From NCBI RefSeq assembly GCF_006345805.1, contig NC_042997.1, forward strand, positions 157,294,001 to 157,358,000: a stretch of 64,000 nt of DNA, given 5' to 3'. Both the position numbers and the translations under genes were made by a program. A model generated the notes under the pieces. That model was not told the DNA's origin and did not search any database. It saw nothing but the letters and a program-made list of their open reading frames with translations. Origin of the DNA: Octopus sinensis (lineage: Eukaryota). Each line of letters opens with the position of its first letter. Position 1 is the stretch's first letter. Positions 39,158 through 53,658 of this stretch are shown here, one piece after another.

Positions 39158-39569
39158 TATAATCATCATCATCATCATCATCATAATGTTTTCATAGACG
39201 ACGTTACAATTGTCTAAATTATGAGTCTCTGTTCGAATTACAAACTTTTCGGACATACTGCATATTCTGCTCATTTACACGAAAGCTTTTCTTCTCTTTT
39301 TAATGGTTAGCTTTCACTTGAGAGAGATTTCGCTGCCATATCTAGCAAGCCATGTGACTATGTAGTTGGCCTTTCCTGTTGCTTCCTATTTAGTTACGTC
39401 CCTTTCTGTTCATTTAAAATTATTAACGAAAACACATGTTCTGTTTCGTCTTTCCTCCTAGGTCTGTTAATAAATATTATAACTAACACCAAGCTTGCAG
39501 ATGAAATAATAATAAGAAACTAATAACAAAAACAATAATTTCGTATATATATATATATATTATATATAT

Positions 39570-39620
<51 letters not shown>

Positions 39621-39881
39621 ATATATATATATATATATATATAATGCCAGGAAGCTGTTTGCGTTTCAGGAATTCTTTCTTTTATAGAATCCCACTTCCG
39701 GAATGCTTAGTTCTATAACAATGACAAAAAAATGACTACCAAACACATACCGACACTAATTTTCTTCTTTAATATTTTATTTTCAACTTATCAGCCGAAC
39801 TGATAAATAAGGCTGCAATAGATAACGAAAAGTATGCAAGATATTCTGAAGGATTTGGAATATGGTGATGATGATGAGGAA

Positions 39882-39914
<33 letters not shown>

Positions 39915-40094
39915 AATGATGACGTCCATAATGATGACCACGACCGCAACGATGACAACGAGGACAACGATGATTATGGTGGTGGTGGTGGTGGTTGTAG
40001 GAATACTGCTGTTACACAAACACATACACACATATAGAAACACGTACAGGTGTGCACACATATGCATACACACATATATACATGTATACACACA

Positions 40095-40148
<54 letters not shown>

Positions 40149-40304
40149 CACATATATGCTCATATATTTATCTGTATATGTATAAATATAAGCGTATGCA
40201 TGTGTGTGTGTGTATGTATTTATATATAAGTATGTATGCATATATTTGCATATGTATACATATATATATGTATATATATGTGTATATCTATCTATGTATC
40301 TCTA

Positions 40305-40396
<92 letters not shown>

Positions 40397-42197
40397 TGTA
40401 TGTATGTATGTATATATAAGATCAGCTCTTCTTCCGTGAGAACCTGCAGCTATTCCAGTTTCCTACAGTATCCATAAACAGGAATACTGACCTACTGCAT
40501 AGTTATCATCAGAGACCGCACCCTTTTAATGAACTTTAGCCCATTAGTTGCTGATAACCCACCCTGGGACAAGTTGGCACACACACAATAGTAGTGTATC
40601 TAATCCTTGCACTCGTAGTGGGACGACATCCTACTATCTACTGGCAGCCATACTTATCAAGCAAACTAATTTGTCGTCTGACTACATGAAGCTGGTTTCT
40701 TCACGTAGTAACTGATGTTGCTGAAATATGCTTTACAGGATACCGATCAACAGACACCAACACTGTGTCTACTCAACCAGGCGGAGCACGCAGTGACAGT
40801 AATGATGTCGCTCAAAAACAACCACCTGATTTGAAATAACTGATGGAAACCTAAATACGGTCAGCTAGAAGCCATTTTGAATTTTTCCTGAATCGTCTTC
40901 ACTCAGAACTTCAAACATCTGATGATATGGGAGTGCTCTGCATTCACGAAATCCTAAATCATGAGAATCTGCGTCAAACTACTATTAGTTATATATTAGT
41001 TCATGTACATGTTCGCGTGTACTGTGGTGCGTATGTTTGTGTACGTGTAGAGGGATTCTAATGATCCTACCCATACACGTCAACTGGTTCTGAAACATCA
41101 CCTGGCCCTTGTGTGACTTTAGCAAGGTGCACTCTGTTGCAAGCATTCGGGTTAGTTCTTCGATTTGAGTAAACCTATTTCATCCACCTCCCATCAGTTT
41201 TTGGGATTCTGAAAAATTCATGGTCACTGCCCTGCCCTGCCCTGCCCTGTCCTGCTCTGCTCTGCTCTTTTTCTAAAGACAAAAAGATATTGTTAAGTAT
41301 GACTTTACGATGGAGTCTCTACATGACCATTTAATTTACAAGAAGTAGATGAACAATCTCGCTCAGATTACAACTCTGGCATCTTTGAAAAAAAAAAAAA
41401 AACGAAAGGACAGATTAAATAATAGAGTACCGTACAACTCAAATTAAACGTTTCGAATGTGGCTTGAATACATTTGATCATGTGATTGTCTCAGGACGAA
41501 CCTAGGGCTAAATATCAACCAACATAACTAGAAACGTTACAGTATGTATTCTATCACATCTAGTTAAATATTCTGACACAGCTTATGTAATTTCATGCTT
41601 TTTTCTTTCTTGCAAACTGGATATCAATTATTAATCTTTATAAAAGTTCATTTGAACTTACATAACTACATAAGGACCAGTAACCTAACTGCACGTGTGC
41701 ATTATGTACTTATAGATTATTATTGTAATTATTGCTAATAGTTTACCATTAACATGTGTTCACACATACACAGACACACACACACAAATTCACACACATA
41801 TGCACAGGCACACTCACTCACAAATACACGCGCCGAGTAAAATTGTTTTGCAGTATTTGTTCCAATTCACTGCACCTTGAGTTCATTTCCTGCCAAGGTT
41901 ACTTTACCTTTCACTTTTTTTTCGGGGTTGATACCATCCCAGGGAAGTATACTTCTGAAATCGTTTGTGAGTCGGACGGGATATTTTGTGGTATCTTATC
42001 CAGCTATCTGCATCCTTAGTCCAAGTCCGTCTTCCTTGGTTTCATAGGATGAATGCAATTCCCAACATGTTTTCTCTGTAGATTTCCTAAAGAAGGAGTC
42101 GTTACTCTGCTGAAATATTGAGGTACTAATAGGACTAACCAATGACATATTTTTTGTACCTTCTATTACTTTACTATGTGCGTGTGTTTACTTACAT

Positions 42198-42247
<50 letters not shown>

Positions 42248-42500
42248 ACACACACACAGAGACACACACACACACACCTATATACACATACATAAAACAA
42301 CGGTGTACAGTAAGATCCATGATGGTAGAGTCCGATAAGAATAAAGCCCAACGGTAACCCGAGTAGAAGTAAAGTGATTCAGGAGTACCAAAGGTCCTAG
42401 AAGATAGGAGAGATGGGATCCTAGTGAGGAGGAAGTTCAGGCAGGAGCAAACTGGGGTGACAAATTATGCGTATATTATATATAATTCCAAATTGTACAA

Positions 42501-42541
<41 letters not shown>

Positions 42542-43060
42542 CACACAACACACACACACACCACACACACACACAGAAGACTTCTTGTTATACACATACA
42601 CACACACACATATATATACATATACATATAGTGAAAAAATTACAGTTAGTTCAAATTTCAGAGATTGCAACGTGGATTTTCACTTATAACTGAGCCTTAA
42701 GTAATGGACTGAAGTAATGAAATGAATGATACAGATTTATAAATGAAAATATGAAGAAAAAGTAAAGAATCTGACATAGGTAAGAGGCTACAAATTAAGG
42801 GGAGTGGGAATAGTATGTTAAATCAACCTTTATATTTTATTCTTATCGACCATGTAGGGATAAAAAGAAAAGCTAAGATGTATAGAGCCAGAATAAATGC
42901 TAAAAAAAGACACTGGTCAGTAGTATTAAATATAGGCAGCGGTATTAAACATGCCATCTACAGTTCATCCACGAGAAGTTTGGGAATTGTTCTAGAGAAA
43001 ATTAGGATTTGTAACGACAATTTAAATGATATTTTTTCATGTAATATGTTCATCAATATT

Positions 43061-43662
43061 AAAGGCAGCGAGCTGGCAGAAACGTTAGCACGCCGGGCGA
43101 AATGCTTAGCGGTATTTCGTTTGCCGTTACGTTCTGAGTTCAAATTCCGCCGAGGTCGACTTTGCCTTTCATCCTTTCGGGGTCGATAAATTAAGTACCA
43201 GTTACGCACTGAGGTCGATATAATCGACTTAATCCGTTTGTCTGTTCCTGTTTGTCTCCTCTGTGTTTGGCCCCTTGTGGGTAGTAAAGAAATAGGTATT
43301 TCGTCTGCCGTTACGTTCTGAGTTCAACTTCCGCCGAGGTCAACTTTGCCTTTCTACGTTTTCGGGGTCAATAAATTAAGTACCAGTGGCGTACTGGGGT
43401 CGATGTAATCGACTTAATTCGTTTGCCTGTCCTTTTTTGTCCCCTCTATGTTTAGCCCCTTGTGGGCAATAAAGAAATAAGAAACGTTATCACGCCGTAC
43501 GAAATTCTGAGCGGTATTTCGTCTGTCGACTCTGCGTTTGTCCGCCGAGGTCGACTTTGCCTTTCATCCTTTCGGAAGCGATAAATCAAGTACCAGTTGC
43601 GTACTGGTTGGATCTAATCGGCTGCCCACCTCTCGCAAAATTTCGGGCCTTGAGTTGAAAAG
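43061..43662 (+). mobile_element. Family A SINE trimer bounded by one 18-bp TSD
   Basis: Three core blocks. aatatgttcatcaatatt at 43043-43060 and 43663-43680. Confidence 0.9.
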
Positions 43663-43884
43663 AATATGTTCATCAATATTTTCATGCAATATGTTACGAG
43701 ATACATTGTTCAAACAATGTAACAGCATTGACCAAGACAGTCAAAATTCCATCCGCTCGCTGTATGAATACTGCAACAGAAAAGTTTGATTTGAAACGTT
43801 GAGAAATTTTTGAATGTAAAATAATCGCTAGCAAAAATTTTGTTTTAATGAGACGTCCTGAGGTTCAAAGGTTTAGCAATTTTC

Positions 43885-44087
43885 TATTTCTTTATTGCCC
43901 ACAGGGAACTAAATATAGAGGGGACAAACAAAGACAGACAAAGGGATTAAGCCGATTAAAGCGACCCCAGTGCGTAACTGGTACTTATTTAATCGACCCC
44001 GAAAGGATGAAAGGCAAAGTCGACCTTGGCGGAATTTGAACTCAGAACGTTGCGGCAGACAAAATACCGCTAAGCATTTCGCCCGGT
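43885..44087 (-). mobile_element. Family A SINE, 5-prime truncated, with probable TSD
   Basis: Family core on the minus strand. aggttta(g/a)caattttc flanks both sides. Confidence 0.85.
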
Positions 44088-44303
44088 GAGGTTTAACAAT
44101 TTTCAATATCATAGAACACATTTTGATTTATGACACCAAAAATATATTAGAATAAACGGTTGTTTAAGACAAAATTCTAATGGAACAAGTTAGTTATTTT
44201 TTCACCTAGACATCTTTTCATATATAAATTGACTTGACTTTCATCAGTAACTTTCGCGAATTTTCATGTTGTTTTGATATTTATAATGTTTTTTACATAA
44301 TAG

Positions 44304-44339
44304 GTTCAAAAGCGGAGTTACCTCAGGACAAATGCTGCT
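44304..44339 (+). other. Candidate 36-nt internal micro-exon
   Basis: tttttacataatag|GTTCAA...GCTGCT|gtaagt. All three frames open. Confidence 0.3.
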
Positions 44340-44722
44340 GTAAGTGAGTTGTCAACAATGTGTATACATTAAATATAATAACTAGATGGCTTTTTTAATT
44401 AAATACTACCTCATTTGCATATACCGGACACTTAATCAGCCTGGCGGCCATACGCAACATCAGTGAACATTTAATTTATTTTTCGTATATCAGAAACAAC
44501 GAATTTTTGTCCAAGAATGTGGTTGGCTGCTAGTACGTGCCATTTAAAAGGTCCAAAAAGACGGAAATGCTTTTGGTGCCCTCGCTGGTCGCTACCGAAA
44601 TGAGTTCTCTTCTCTCACTCTCTCTAACTCTCTGGTATTTATTGCGTTTTAACAGAAGTCTGTAGGAGATGTTATCTAAGTAAATACTGAAGTAACTGGC
44701 CTATCAGCTATATATGTATACA

Positions 44723-44934
44723 TTAACACATTAAGTCCTTAAATTCCTGAATATTACTTTTTAGAAAGGATTGAAAACAGGTTAAAATGAAAAAAAAATT
44801 ATTAAAACTCCTTTACATCAAGTAGAAATGGAAATACTTGGTGTATAAATAAGACACTGAGACAATGTGATATAGCTTATTTAATGTTCTCGTTTAGTGT
44901 CCTATTTATTGGACAGTGGGACTTAATGGGTTAA
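44723..44934. mobile_element. piggyBac-type MITE
   Basis: TTAA-cacattaagtcc ... ggacttaatggg-TTAA: TTAA duplication and a 12-bp TIR with one mismatch. Confidence 0.6.
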
Positions 44935-45624
44935 GTATAATGCATAAAGTTATTTTATACTTTTCTTAAAATCCTGAATTTCACAAAAGTCCTGTGATCT
45001 TTCTGGTTTTCTGAATTTAAAAGCATTTGAAGTCATATCAATATGAAACTTTAAAAGAAAAAATAAATACTAATATGAACTCTTTCGTACGTAAGACTAA
45101 CGATTTTATTTCGTTTTTGGATTTGGTTTGCAAGATTCTTGCGAGACTCGGACAGAGTCAAAACTATTGAAAAGGTTGCAAGATGCAACGAAAATTTTAG
45201 GACAATAAAAATAAGAAAAAAGTGGAAATTTTACCGGTGAGTGTGTTAAATAATAAGGCACAAAAAGAAAATGACTCTCCCCAGACAAAACGATTTTGAA
45301 AGATGTAAATTATATAATAGAAACTTAATGATTCAAGGTTGAAATATTGTAGTATTAACAATGAAATCTTATCACAATTCAGAATTTTCTATTAAGCTAC
45401 TTGAGAAATGGTTAAGCGAATGAACATAAAACTTCATTGCTTTCTATTCTTAGAATAATTATTCAACGTTTTTATTTAATTAATATTTAATTTAATTTGC
45501 TAAATTATTATTTCGCATGCATGCGTGAAAAAGTTTATTTCACTTCGCCCATTATTTGAGATTCTGTAGAATGCAAAATAAAATTACAATGCATGATGTT
45601 TGAATTATTAATCAGTTTACTATA

Positions 45625-45821
<197 letters not shown>

Positions 45822-46617
45822 CCTTGTTTATGTCTTCACAGCATGTATGGAAACTCATTGAGCCACTCCGTCTGTTTTATCTAGTAATTGGCACCAACTG
45901 TGTTGAATCTCTTAGCTTACGACTTAGATATGAGATTTTTCTTCTTTCTCATTTCTCTGAAGGTGTGGACAGATTCATTACTACATATATTTAACATCAA
46001 AATAGCCTTCCTCAGTTTGGTCTCTTAATCGGCACCGAGATGAGAGAGCCAGCATGCATTCTATATTCTTTGCGTGAAAAATCCAAAATATAAAATTTTA
46101 TTTTGATTTTAATTCACCTGAATAAAACTATTTTCCATATGCTGTAATTGACTTGTTCTTCAAAAAAAAAAAAAAAAAATCCTAGTTTCTAACGCTTCAC
46201 ACATTTTCTTCTCACTGTATACATTTCATTCTTAATCTCCCTTTATTTTCCTCTGATTCTTCCGACGAATGGCCTACAACCGAAACGTTAGACTCAAACT
46301 TTGTTCTTCCTGTGTTTTCCGCTTTAATAATTATTGTATAGTATATATACATTCATACATAAATGCATGCATATACATATTACATATATACGTATAACAC
46401 ACACACACACACATCAAGTAACAAACTGAGGAAAGAAATCCTACAAAGGGGTCTGTTATATAATATTATATTATGTTATATTATATTCATAGTATTTAAT
46501 GTAATATTGTAATATAAATAAATTATTGAATATTCAGTAGAATATCTCTATATTTAATTTATCTTATATATATATATTTATTATATATTTACACACACAC
46601 ACACACACACATATATA

Positions 46618-46900
46618 TAGGTGTAGGAGTGGCTGTGTGGTAAGTAGCTTGCTTACCAACCACATGATTCCGGGTTCAGTCCTACTGCGTGGCACCGTGG
46701 TCAAGTGTCTTCTACTACAACCTCGGCCTGACCAAAGCCTTGTGAGTGGATTGTTAGGTGGAAAATGAAAGAAGTCCGTCGTATATATATAGACCGATCG
46801 AATAAGTATTAGGCTTACAAAGAATAAGTCCTGGGGCCGATTTGTTCGACTAAAGGCGGTGCTGCAGCATGGTCTCAAATGGCTAAAACGAATAAAAGAT
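46618..46900 (+). mobile_element. Family B SINE with complete head and internally deleted tail
   Basis: ggtgtaggagtggctgtgtggtaagtagcttgc head. After gtcgtatatatatag it jumps to accgatcgaataag. Confidence 0.85.
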
Positions 46901-46912
46901 TATACATATACA

Positions 46913-47315
46913 CTAAAGAAATAAGTATTTCGTCTGTCTTTATGTTCTAAGTTCAAATTCCGCCGAGGTCGACTTTGCCTTTCAAACTTTTGGGGTCGAT
47001 AAATTACGAAGCTGTTGCGTACTGGGGGCGATGTAATCGACTGCCCCACCCCCATTTTGGAGCCTTGTCCCTAGAGTAGAAAAGTATACGCGTGCGCGTA
47101 TATATGCATGCATATATCTATTTATATATATATACATACTTATACTTTTCAGTTTCACCTTCTATTTTTTGTACAATAGTTTATTGCTCAAAGAACACAA
47201 AGTTAAAGCTCAGTGCAGAAATCATATAACATTATATATGTGTGTGTGTGTGTGTGTGTGTATACATCTATGTTTATGTATGCAAGTATGTATGTATACA
47301 CACACACATACACAC
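46913..47315 (+). repeat. Copy 1 of an about 400-bp block (partial SINE A plus unique flank)
   Basis: Collinear with 51803-52240, including the non-SINE segment tttgtacaatagtttattgctcaaagaacacaaagttaaagctcagtgcag. Confidence 0.85.
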
Positions 47316-47322
47316 ACTCATA

Positions 47323-47354
<32 letters not shown>

Positions 47355-47427
47355 CATATATATATACATACATATGAATATAGATATATATTACATATAT
47401 ACGCATGTATGTATGTATACATACGTG

Positions 47428-47475
<48 letters not shown>

Positions 47476-48219
47476 TAAAGATAAACAGTGATAGATATAG
47501 ATTGATAGTTAAACACACACAACAAACAAAACACGAGTAAATACAAAATACATAGTGTATTTTGTATGTTTGTATGTGAGAAAATACACGTAACTACTAC
47601 AGAAAAATTAATATTCAATATTTTGTGCGCGTTGGTACGCACATGCATATGACACTTTCATAATCAGTTCTAAAAGATATTAACCATTATCACTGTCAAC
47701 CATTCGTCACACTGTAGATATATAAAATACAGAATATTATCAAGTATTCTTGACAACGGCACGTTAACCCAAACCAGCAATTTCCACCCAGACATTTGAC
47801 ACTAAATGAAAAATTAACGGTAATTCAAATCTGCACTAGTGCTGGAACATTTGACAGACAAGTCTTTGGTAGTTCATTACTCAGGGTCAAATATCCAATG
47901 GAATTATCTTTGCTGAAATACAACTCATCATCTTGTACAAGTGCACCAGAGGCGTGTCATATTACAAATTGTATTACATATACATAAATATATACATACA
48001 TAATACAGATATGTGTGTTTGTGTGTGTGCATTAATTCTCACACACATATGTGACGAATGCACAGGAATTTACAATTTAGAAATTACATTTAACTTTTTT
48101 CTTTCTTAAATAAAGTGAATATGATAATCTACTTAAACATATTGTGTGATCTTGCAATTAATATTTGCCTGTTTTATTCACACTTCACGTGAAAACAATC
48201 GTTGGTATATGTATGCATG

Positions 48220-48289
<70 letters not shown>

Positions 48290-48334
48290 TACACATATAC
48301 ACACATACACACACATACATACACATACGTATAA

Positions 48335-50922
48335 GAGAGCTGACGGAAAACGAATTCATCCGTCTGTATGACCTTGTCAGACTGGGACACATACACTAAT
48401 AACAAATGTTCACCTAATTCCGAAAGAACCATGGTAGAACCCAAAATGATAAAATCGATAAACAGATGACACCAGTGCAAGTAACTGTGTGGTCGTCAAT
48501 AAAGACTAACACGGGAACGAGAAGACTAATAAAGGAAGTGGCAGAAGTTTCCAAAAATGCCTTGAAGAACTACCAGTGGCAGAAACAAACTAGACCAAGA
48601 AACGTTAGGCATTACTCAAAATAGAAACAAAACCAGGGTAAGCGAGGCTCCTAGCAATAAAGATACCGAAAGAAGAGGAAGGAGCAAAAGGCCATGCACA
48701 TAAGTGCTCCATAAATATTACCTGCAAGGTGTTTACTGGCATGAAGACAATGGTACTAACAGTCGTTTCATGCACCCAAAGATTTGTGCAGCTGCATCAG
48801 ACAAAGCGACGGCTTCCTCCCACTATTTACAAAAATAACTGTGTCATCAAAGTGTCATCAAATTTCTACTCAAATGTATTAAAAAGCAGTAGATGAACAA
48901 TCTCTTTGGCGTGGTAAAAACTATGGTGCGGCAGCTGACCTGGCTGCATCAAACTCAAAATCAGAGCCATGCCTACCAAAGTAGGAGGCCACCGCGAAGA
49001 ACAGATCGAGGATGGTTACCGCAAACTGACATCCGCACAATTGTCACACCAGTTCTTCTATTCAATGTCACAGGTTTGTTACAACTTAGTAGCAAAGCTA
49101 ACATTTTCTGCATAAAAATCCTTGTTGCATACTATCAAGCTCTATGCACAACACACACAGAAATGTATCTAACACCTTATATAGCAGATACAAAAATGCA
49201 TAAACCAAAGTATGTTGATTTACGAACTGACCGGAAAGAAAGGAGTCGTGGTGGAGTTGCAATGTATATCTGTGAAGACCTCACGCCCCTAGCCTTGCTG
49301 TCATATTCAAACTAGGTTTGTGACTCACGAATAGTGTATATAAGACAATCCGAAATAGTTATGTATCACATGTTGCCAACCAGAAGTTCCAAATCTTGTG
49401 TATAATTTTGAAGGTTGCTTCATAAATAATATGGAACTCATCCATAACGTGGAAGTGACACTGACGATACTCCCAAATCATAATATAGTAGAACTCACAA
49501 TGGATGAGCCATAGGAAATCGCAGATAAGCAGCAGCCTATGGAAACTCATTGAGCCTCTCCATCTGTTTTATCTAGTAGTTGGCGCCTGAATCTGTTTAG
49601 TATGATATTCCACAAATCACACTGGAAAGTAATAGAGAAAAGGATCCTTAAACAAAATTGGCATAGATATCCCGCGAAACCTGAAATATGACGTTTACGC
49701 AATTTATGTCAGTAATGCAAGTCGTATCCATAAAATTTGTCCCAGGGAGAAAGGGCAGCCTGTACAAGACCAAAATTCTCAAAGAGAGAAAAGTTACAAA
49801 TCACCTAGATATACAGCTGAAAAAACAGCAAAAATCCCGTCTAAAATGGATATTGCTGGTGACTGGGCAAAATTTTCAATATTTTCATGAAAAAGAGAGA
49901 GCAGAAAAAGAAACCAGGGGTATAAAAAATATATAAAACAAAAGTTTTCTTTAAATTTGCTAAAGAAACAGTCTTATTGCATTGCAAAGTAGGGTTACTG
50001 TTGTGAAGAAAACGATTCCCTAACCCGAAATCTTAAAACGATAAATGAAATACTAAATGCACAATTCCAAAAACAAAAGGAAGTTTTCCTCTCTCTGGGA
50101 CACATGCTAGTGAACAAACCAGATGAGTTTTTGTCACTATAACTGAACACAGGAAGGCAACTACGATCAATTACGTTGACATAAAAGACCTAATACTGGC
50201 CATACGTAGATGAAATAAACCTTAACTCAATTACAGGTTCTGATGAATTTCCGGTAATTTTTCTAAAAGTGTGCAAACGAATTCTAGCAAAAGCACTGCA
50301 AACTGTTTTCCAGAGCTGCCTTGCAAGTGGCAAACTTTCAGGCAAATTAAAGACTGGCATGATATACTCTCTGCAAAAAGGCAGAAACAGAACAGCTGCT
50401 GAAACTTATAAGCCTATCTCTCTGACCTCTTATTGATATGCAAAGTCAGGACATGCAAAAGTCATGGAAGTTGTCAGAAATAAGCTAATCACGTTCGTTG
50501 AAGGAAATGACTTGCTCACTGACAGCCAACATGGTTTTCGGTCAGAAAATATTCGCCCGACACACCTCATACAACTCTACAACTGAATGTTAAATTGGGA
50601 GCGATAATGTTGACTGCTGATGACTAATGGCGTCCGAAGGACCACCATTGTTACCTTTCCTCTAGTTCTGAAAGTCCTTAACATTCACACATGTAGATGT
50701 GATACAATTCTATTTTGCGAAATCTTTCGATAAATTCGATCTTGGAATGTTACGTCACAAACTACGTGATCGCGGCATACGAGGAAAGCTGGGTGAGTGG
50801 CTGCATGACTTAAGACAGAAGCCAGAGGCCATCTTTCAGGTAAGACTAATAGTGGGTGGGATACCACTGGGTATTGTTCTGGGGCCACTACTATTCATAG
50901 TAGTTCTATCAGACTTGCCATA
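48335..50922 (+). pseudogene. Decayed CR1-clade LINE (ORF1 Cys/His-finger remnants, APE endonuclease, RT)
   Basis: YLQGVYW..MHPKIC (CCCH-like); LRTDRKERSRGGVAMYICEDL (APE); YKPISLTS, DSQHGFRS, FAKSFDK, GIPLGIVLGPLLF (RT). Many stops and frameshifts; ends before the YADD motif. Confidence 0.85.
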
Positions 50923-51354
50923 AACGTGCTTGCACACGTACACACACACACGCACAGAGAGACAAACACACAAACACACACACAGAAACACACGCACGCA
51001 CGCATCCATGAGTGCTCACAAGGTAAACTTAATTCCTTTCAGTAGTAATAATATACACTCATTACTCACATAAAAAATGACGTGCCGTAGCTGAATGGCT
51101 AAGAAGATCGTTTATCAATCACGAGATCCTGAGTTCGATTCCAGTGCGGGGCATCTTAACCAAGTGTCTTTTACGGAAGCTTTTGAATGAAATACAGTAA
51201 CCGGAAACTGTTTGGAAGTCCGTTGGATGCTTCGTACCCGTAATTCAAAAGTCCAAACTTGTCATACACTATGACCTACTCATTCTGTCCGAAGATTATG
51301 TTAAATTTACACATGCCTGTGAAGCACAGTGAAACTTTGCAATATTAAAAATAT

Positions 51355-51975
51355 TTAAGGCAGAGAGCTGGCAGAAACGTTAGCACGTCGGGCGAAAGGC
51401 GTAGCCGTATTTCGTCTGCCGTTACGTTCTGAGTTCAAATTCCGCTGAGGTCGACTTTGCCTTTCATCCTTTCGGGGTCGATTAAATAAGTACCAGTTAC
51501 ACTCTGGGGTCGATATAATCGACTTAATTCGTTTTGTTCCCTCTGTGTGTAGCCCCTTGTGGGCAGTAACTAAATAGGTATATCGTCTGTCTTTACATTC
51601 TGAGTTCAAATTCCGCCGAGGTCGACTTCCTTTGGGGGTCGATAAATTAAGAACCTGTTGCGTACTGGGGGCAATCTAATCGACTGGCCCTCTCCCCAAA
51701 AATTTCGAACTTTGTGCCTAGCTACGCACTAGGGTCGATGTAATCGACGTAATCCGTTTGTCTGTCCTTGTTTGTCCCCTCTGTGTTTAGCCCCTTGTGG
51801 ACAGTAAAGAAATAAGTATTTCGCCTGTCTTTATGTTCTAAGTTCAAATTCCGCCGGGGTCGACTTTGCCTTTCATCCTTTCGGGGTCGATAAATTAAGA
51901 ACCTGTTGCGCACTGGGGGCGATGTAATCAACTGCCCCACCCACCAATTTCGAGCCTTGTGCCTAGAGTAGAAAA
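51355..51975 (+). mobile_element. Family A SINE multimer (about four core units)
   Basis: One head (aaggcagagagctggcagaaacg) followed by reiterated gagttcaaattccgc / gtcgactt blocks. Confidence 0.9.
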
Positions 51976-52240
51976 GTATACGTGTGCGCGTATATATGCA
52001 TGCGTATATCTATTTTTATATATATATATATATACATACATACTTATACTTTTCAGTTTCACCTATTTTTTGTACAATAGTTTATTGCTCAAAGAACACA
52101 AAGTTAAAGCTCAGTGCAGGAATCATAAAATATTATATTGTGTGTGTATATGTGTATGTGTGTACGTATGTATGTTTATGTATCTATGTGTATGTACGTT
52201 TATGTATGTAAGTATGTATGTATACACACACACACACATA
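51803..52240 (+). repeat. Copy 2 of the about 400-bp block
   Basis: See 46913-47315. Shares the private SINE variants ttatgttctaagttc and gggggcgatgtaatc. Confidence 0.85.
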
Positions 52241-52479
52241 TAATATTTCTCAGTAGAACGATGTAAACATAAGCATGTATTTTTACATTTTTTTTGCATA
52301 CATATACAGTTACACACAACGAGCGTCAGCTCTACCTATATACTGTTGTTCATGCACTCGTGGGTGTACCTTTACCTTCACACAATTCTCTTTCTTCCTC
52401 TCTTTACACACACACAGCCATCTATGTACACGTACACACATTCAAACATATGCGTATATGAATGTGCTTATATATATAT

Positions 52480-52532
<53 letters not shown>

Positions 52533-53658
52533 GTGTGTGTGTATGTTTGCATGCATTCGCTTATATGTGTGTGTGTGTATCCCTCACAGTCTCGCGCATA
52601 TACGCTATAAAGAAAGAGTACACTCGCAGCCTCGATGCTGCAGAGTCGTATATATATATTCAAAGCCGGATATTTGCTTTCAGCCTGTAGTTATCGTTAT
52701 GCACCATTTCACTTCTACTGCAGATTTATGAGCATTCCTTTTTCTGGCAGCCAAATGACGGAGTGACTGGGCTACTGGTGTCAGAATCATGTTGTTCCTC
52801 TAAACATGAAATGCAGCAGAGATATTCTTACATTATCTTCAACATTCTCTTTTTCATTCCATCTATTTCTCTCTAAACTACTTTGTTTCATTCTATCTTC
52901 TTTCCTTCCTTCCTTTCTTTTTTGTTTGTTTGTTTGTTTGTTTGTTTCTTTCTTTTTATCTTCAAACTTTACAAGTGAAATATAACCCACAAAAAAAAAA
53001 AACAACCAGAATGTTATTGTGATAAATCACAATTTAGTCGAGTAAGATGGTCAAAGTTTGGTGCCAACGTAAGCAAGATGACATGCTTGCAAATATAGAA
53101 ATAATTGCTTCGATGTTTTCCGCCTCACTACAGCCTCAACCACAATCATGCCACCCACCACCACCACCACCAACAACAAATACACCGATACCGTATTCAA
53201 AAGTCTTTTTACATTATAACTTTTTTTGTCAACACGGACATTTTGCACCGTAATATTAAGTCAACTCGTTAATTCATTTAGTGACACTGATGCAGTAAGC
53301 GCCGATTTACAGAATTAAAGGCTCTTAGAATAACAAGATAAAAAGAAAACGATGATGTCGCAAAAGGAAAAAAAAAAACAAATGAAAAAACTATAAGAAT
53401 CCTATCATGTGCAGACGAACTGTAAAAGAGTTCAAATATGGCAGAGGTGAGGAAAAGAACTAAATACCCGAGTTTGACAGGCCGCTAAGTGTTTGTACCG
53501 GTAGCTTTCGAGACCCCAGGAGCTCTTGAACCCCGCACTGCTGATTTCCTCTGCAGGTTTCATCATGGAGAATTATTTTTGATTTTCAAAGGCATTTGTG
53601 TTTTATTTTTATTTTTAAAAACATTACAAGAACTAGTAAATACATAAATTACAATAAT

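Noticed and set aside
40916-40963. CTGATGA...GAAA hammerhead-like string
   Set aside because: Stem I is only 3 bp, there are unpaired extra bases on both sides of stem II, and no repeat family is associated.
41905-42110. Minus-strand exon with AAG|gtaaag donor
   Set aside because: All three frames contain stops, and the donor lies in a decayed family A SINE fragment (41875-41935).
47700-47990. Cys-containing minus-strand frame (KCLGGNCWFGLTCRCQ), EGF-like by eye
   Set aside because: Cys spacing does not fit EGF, there is no usable donor site and stops flank it closely.
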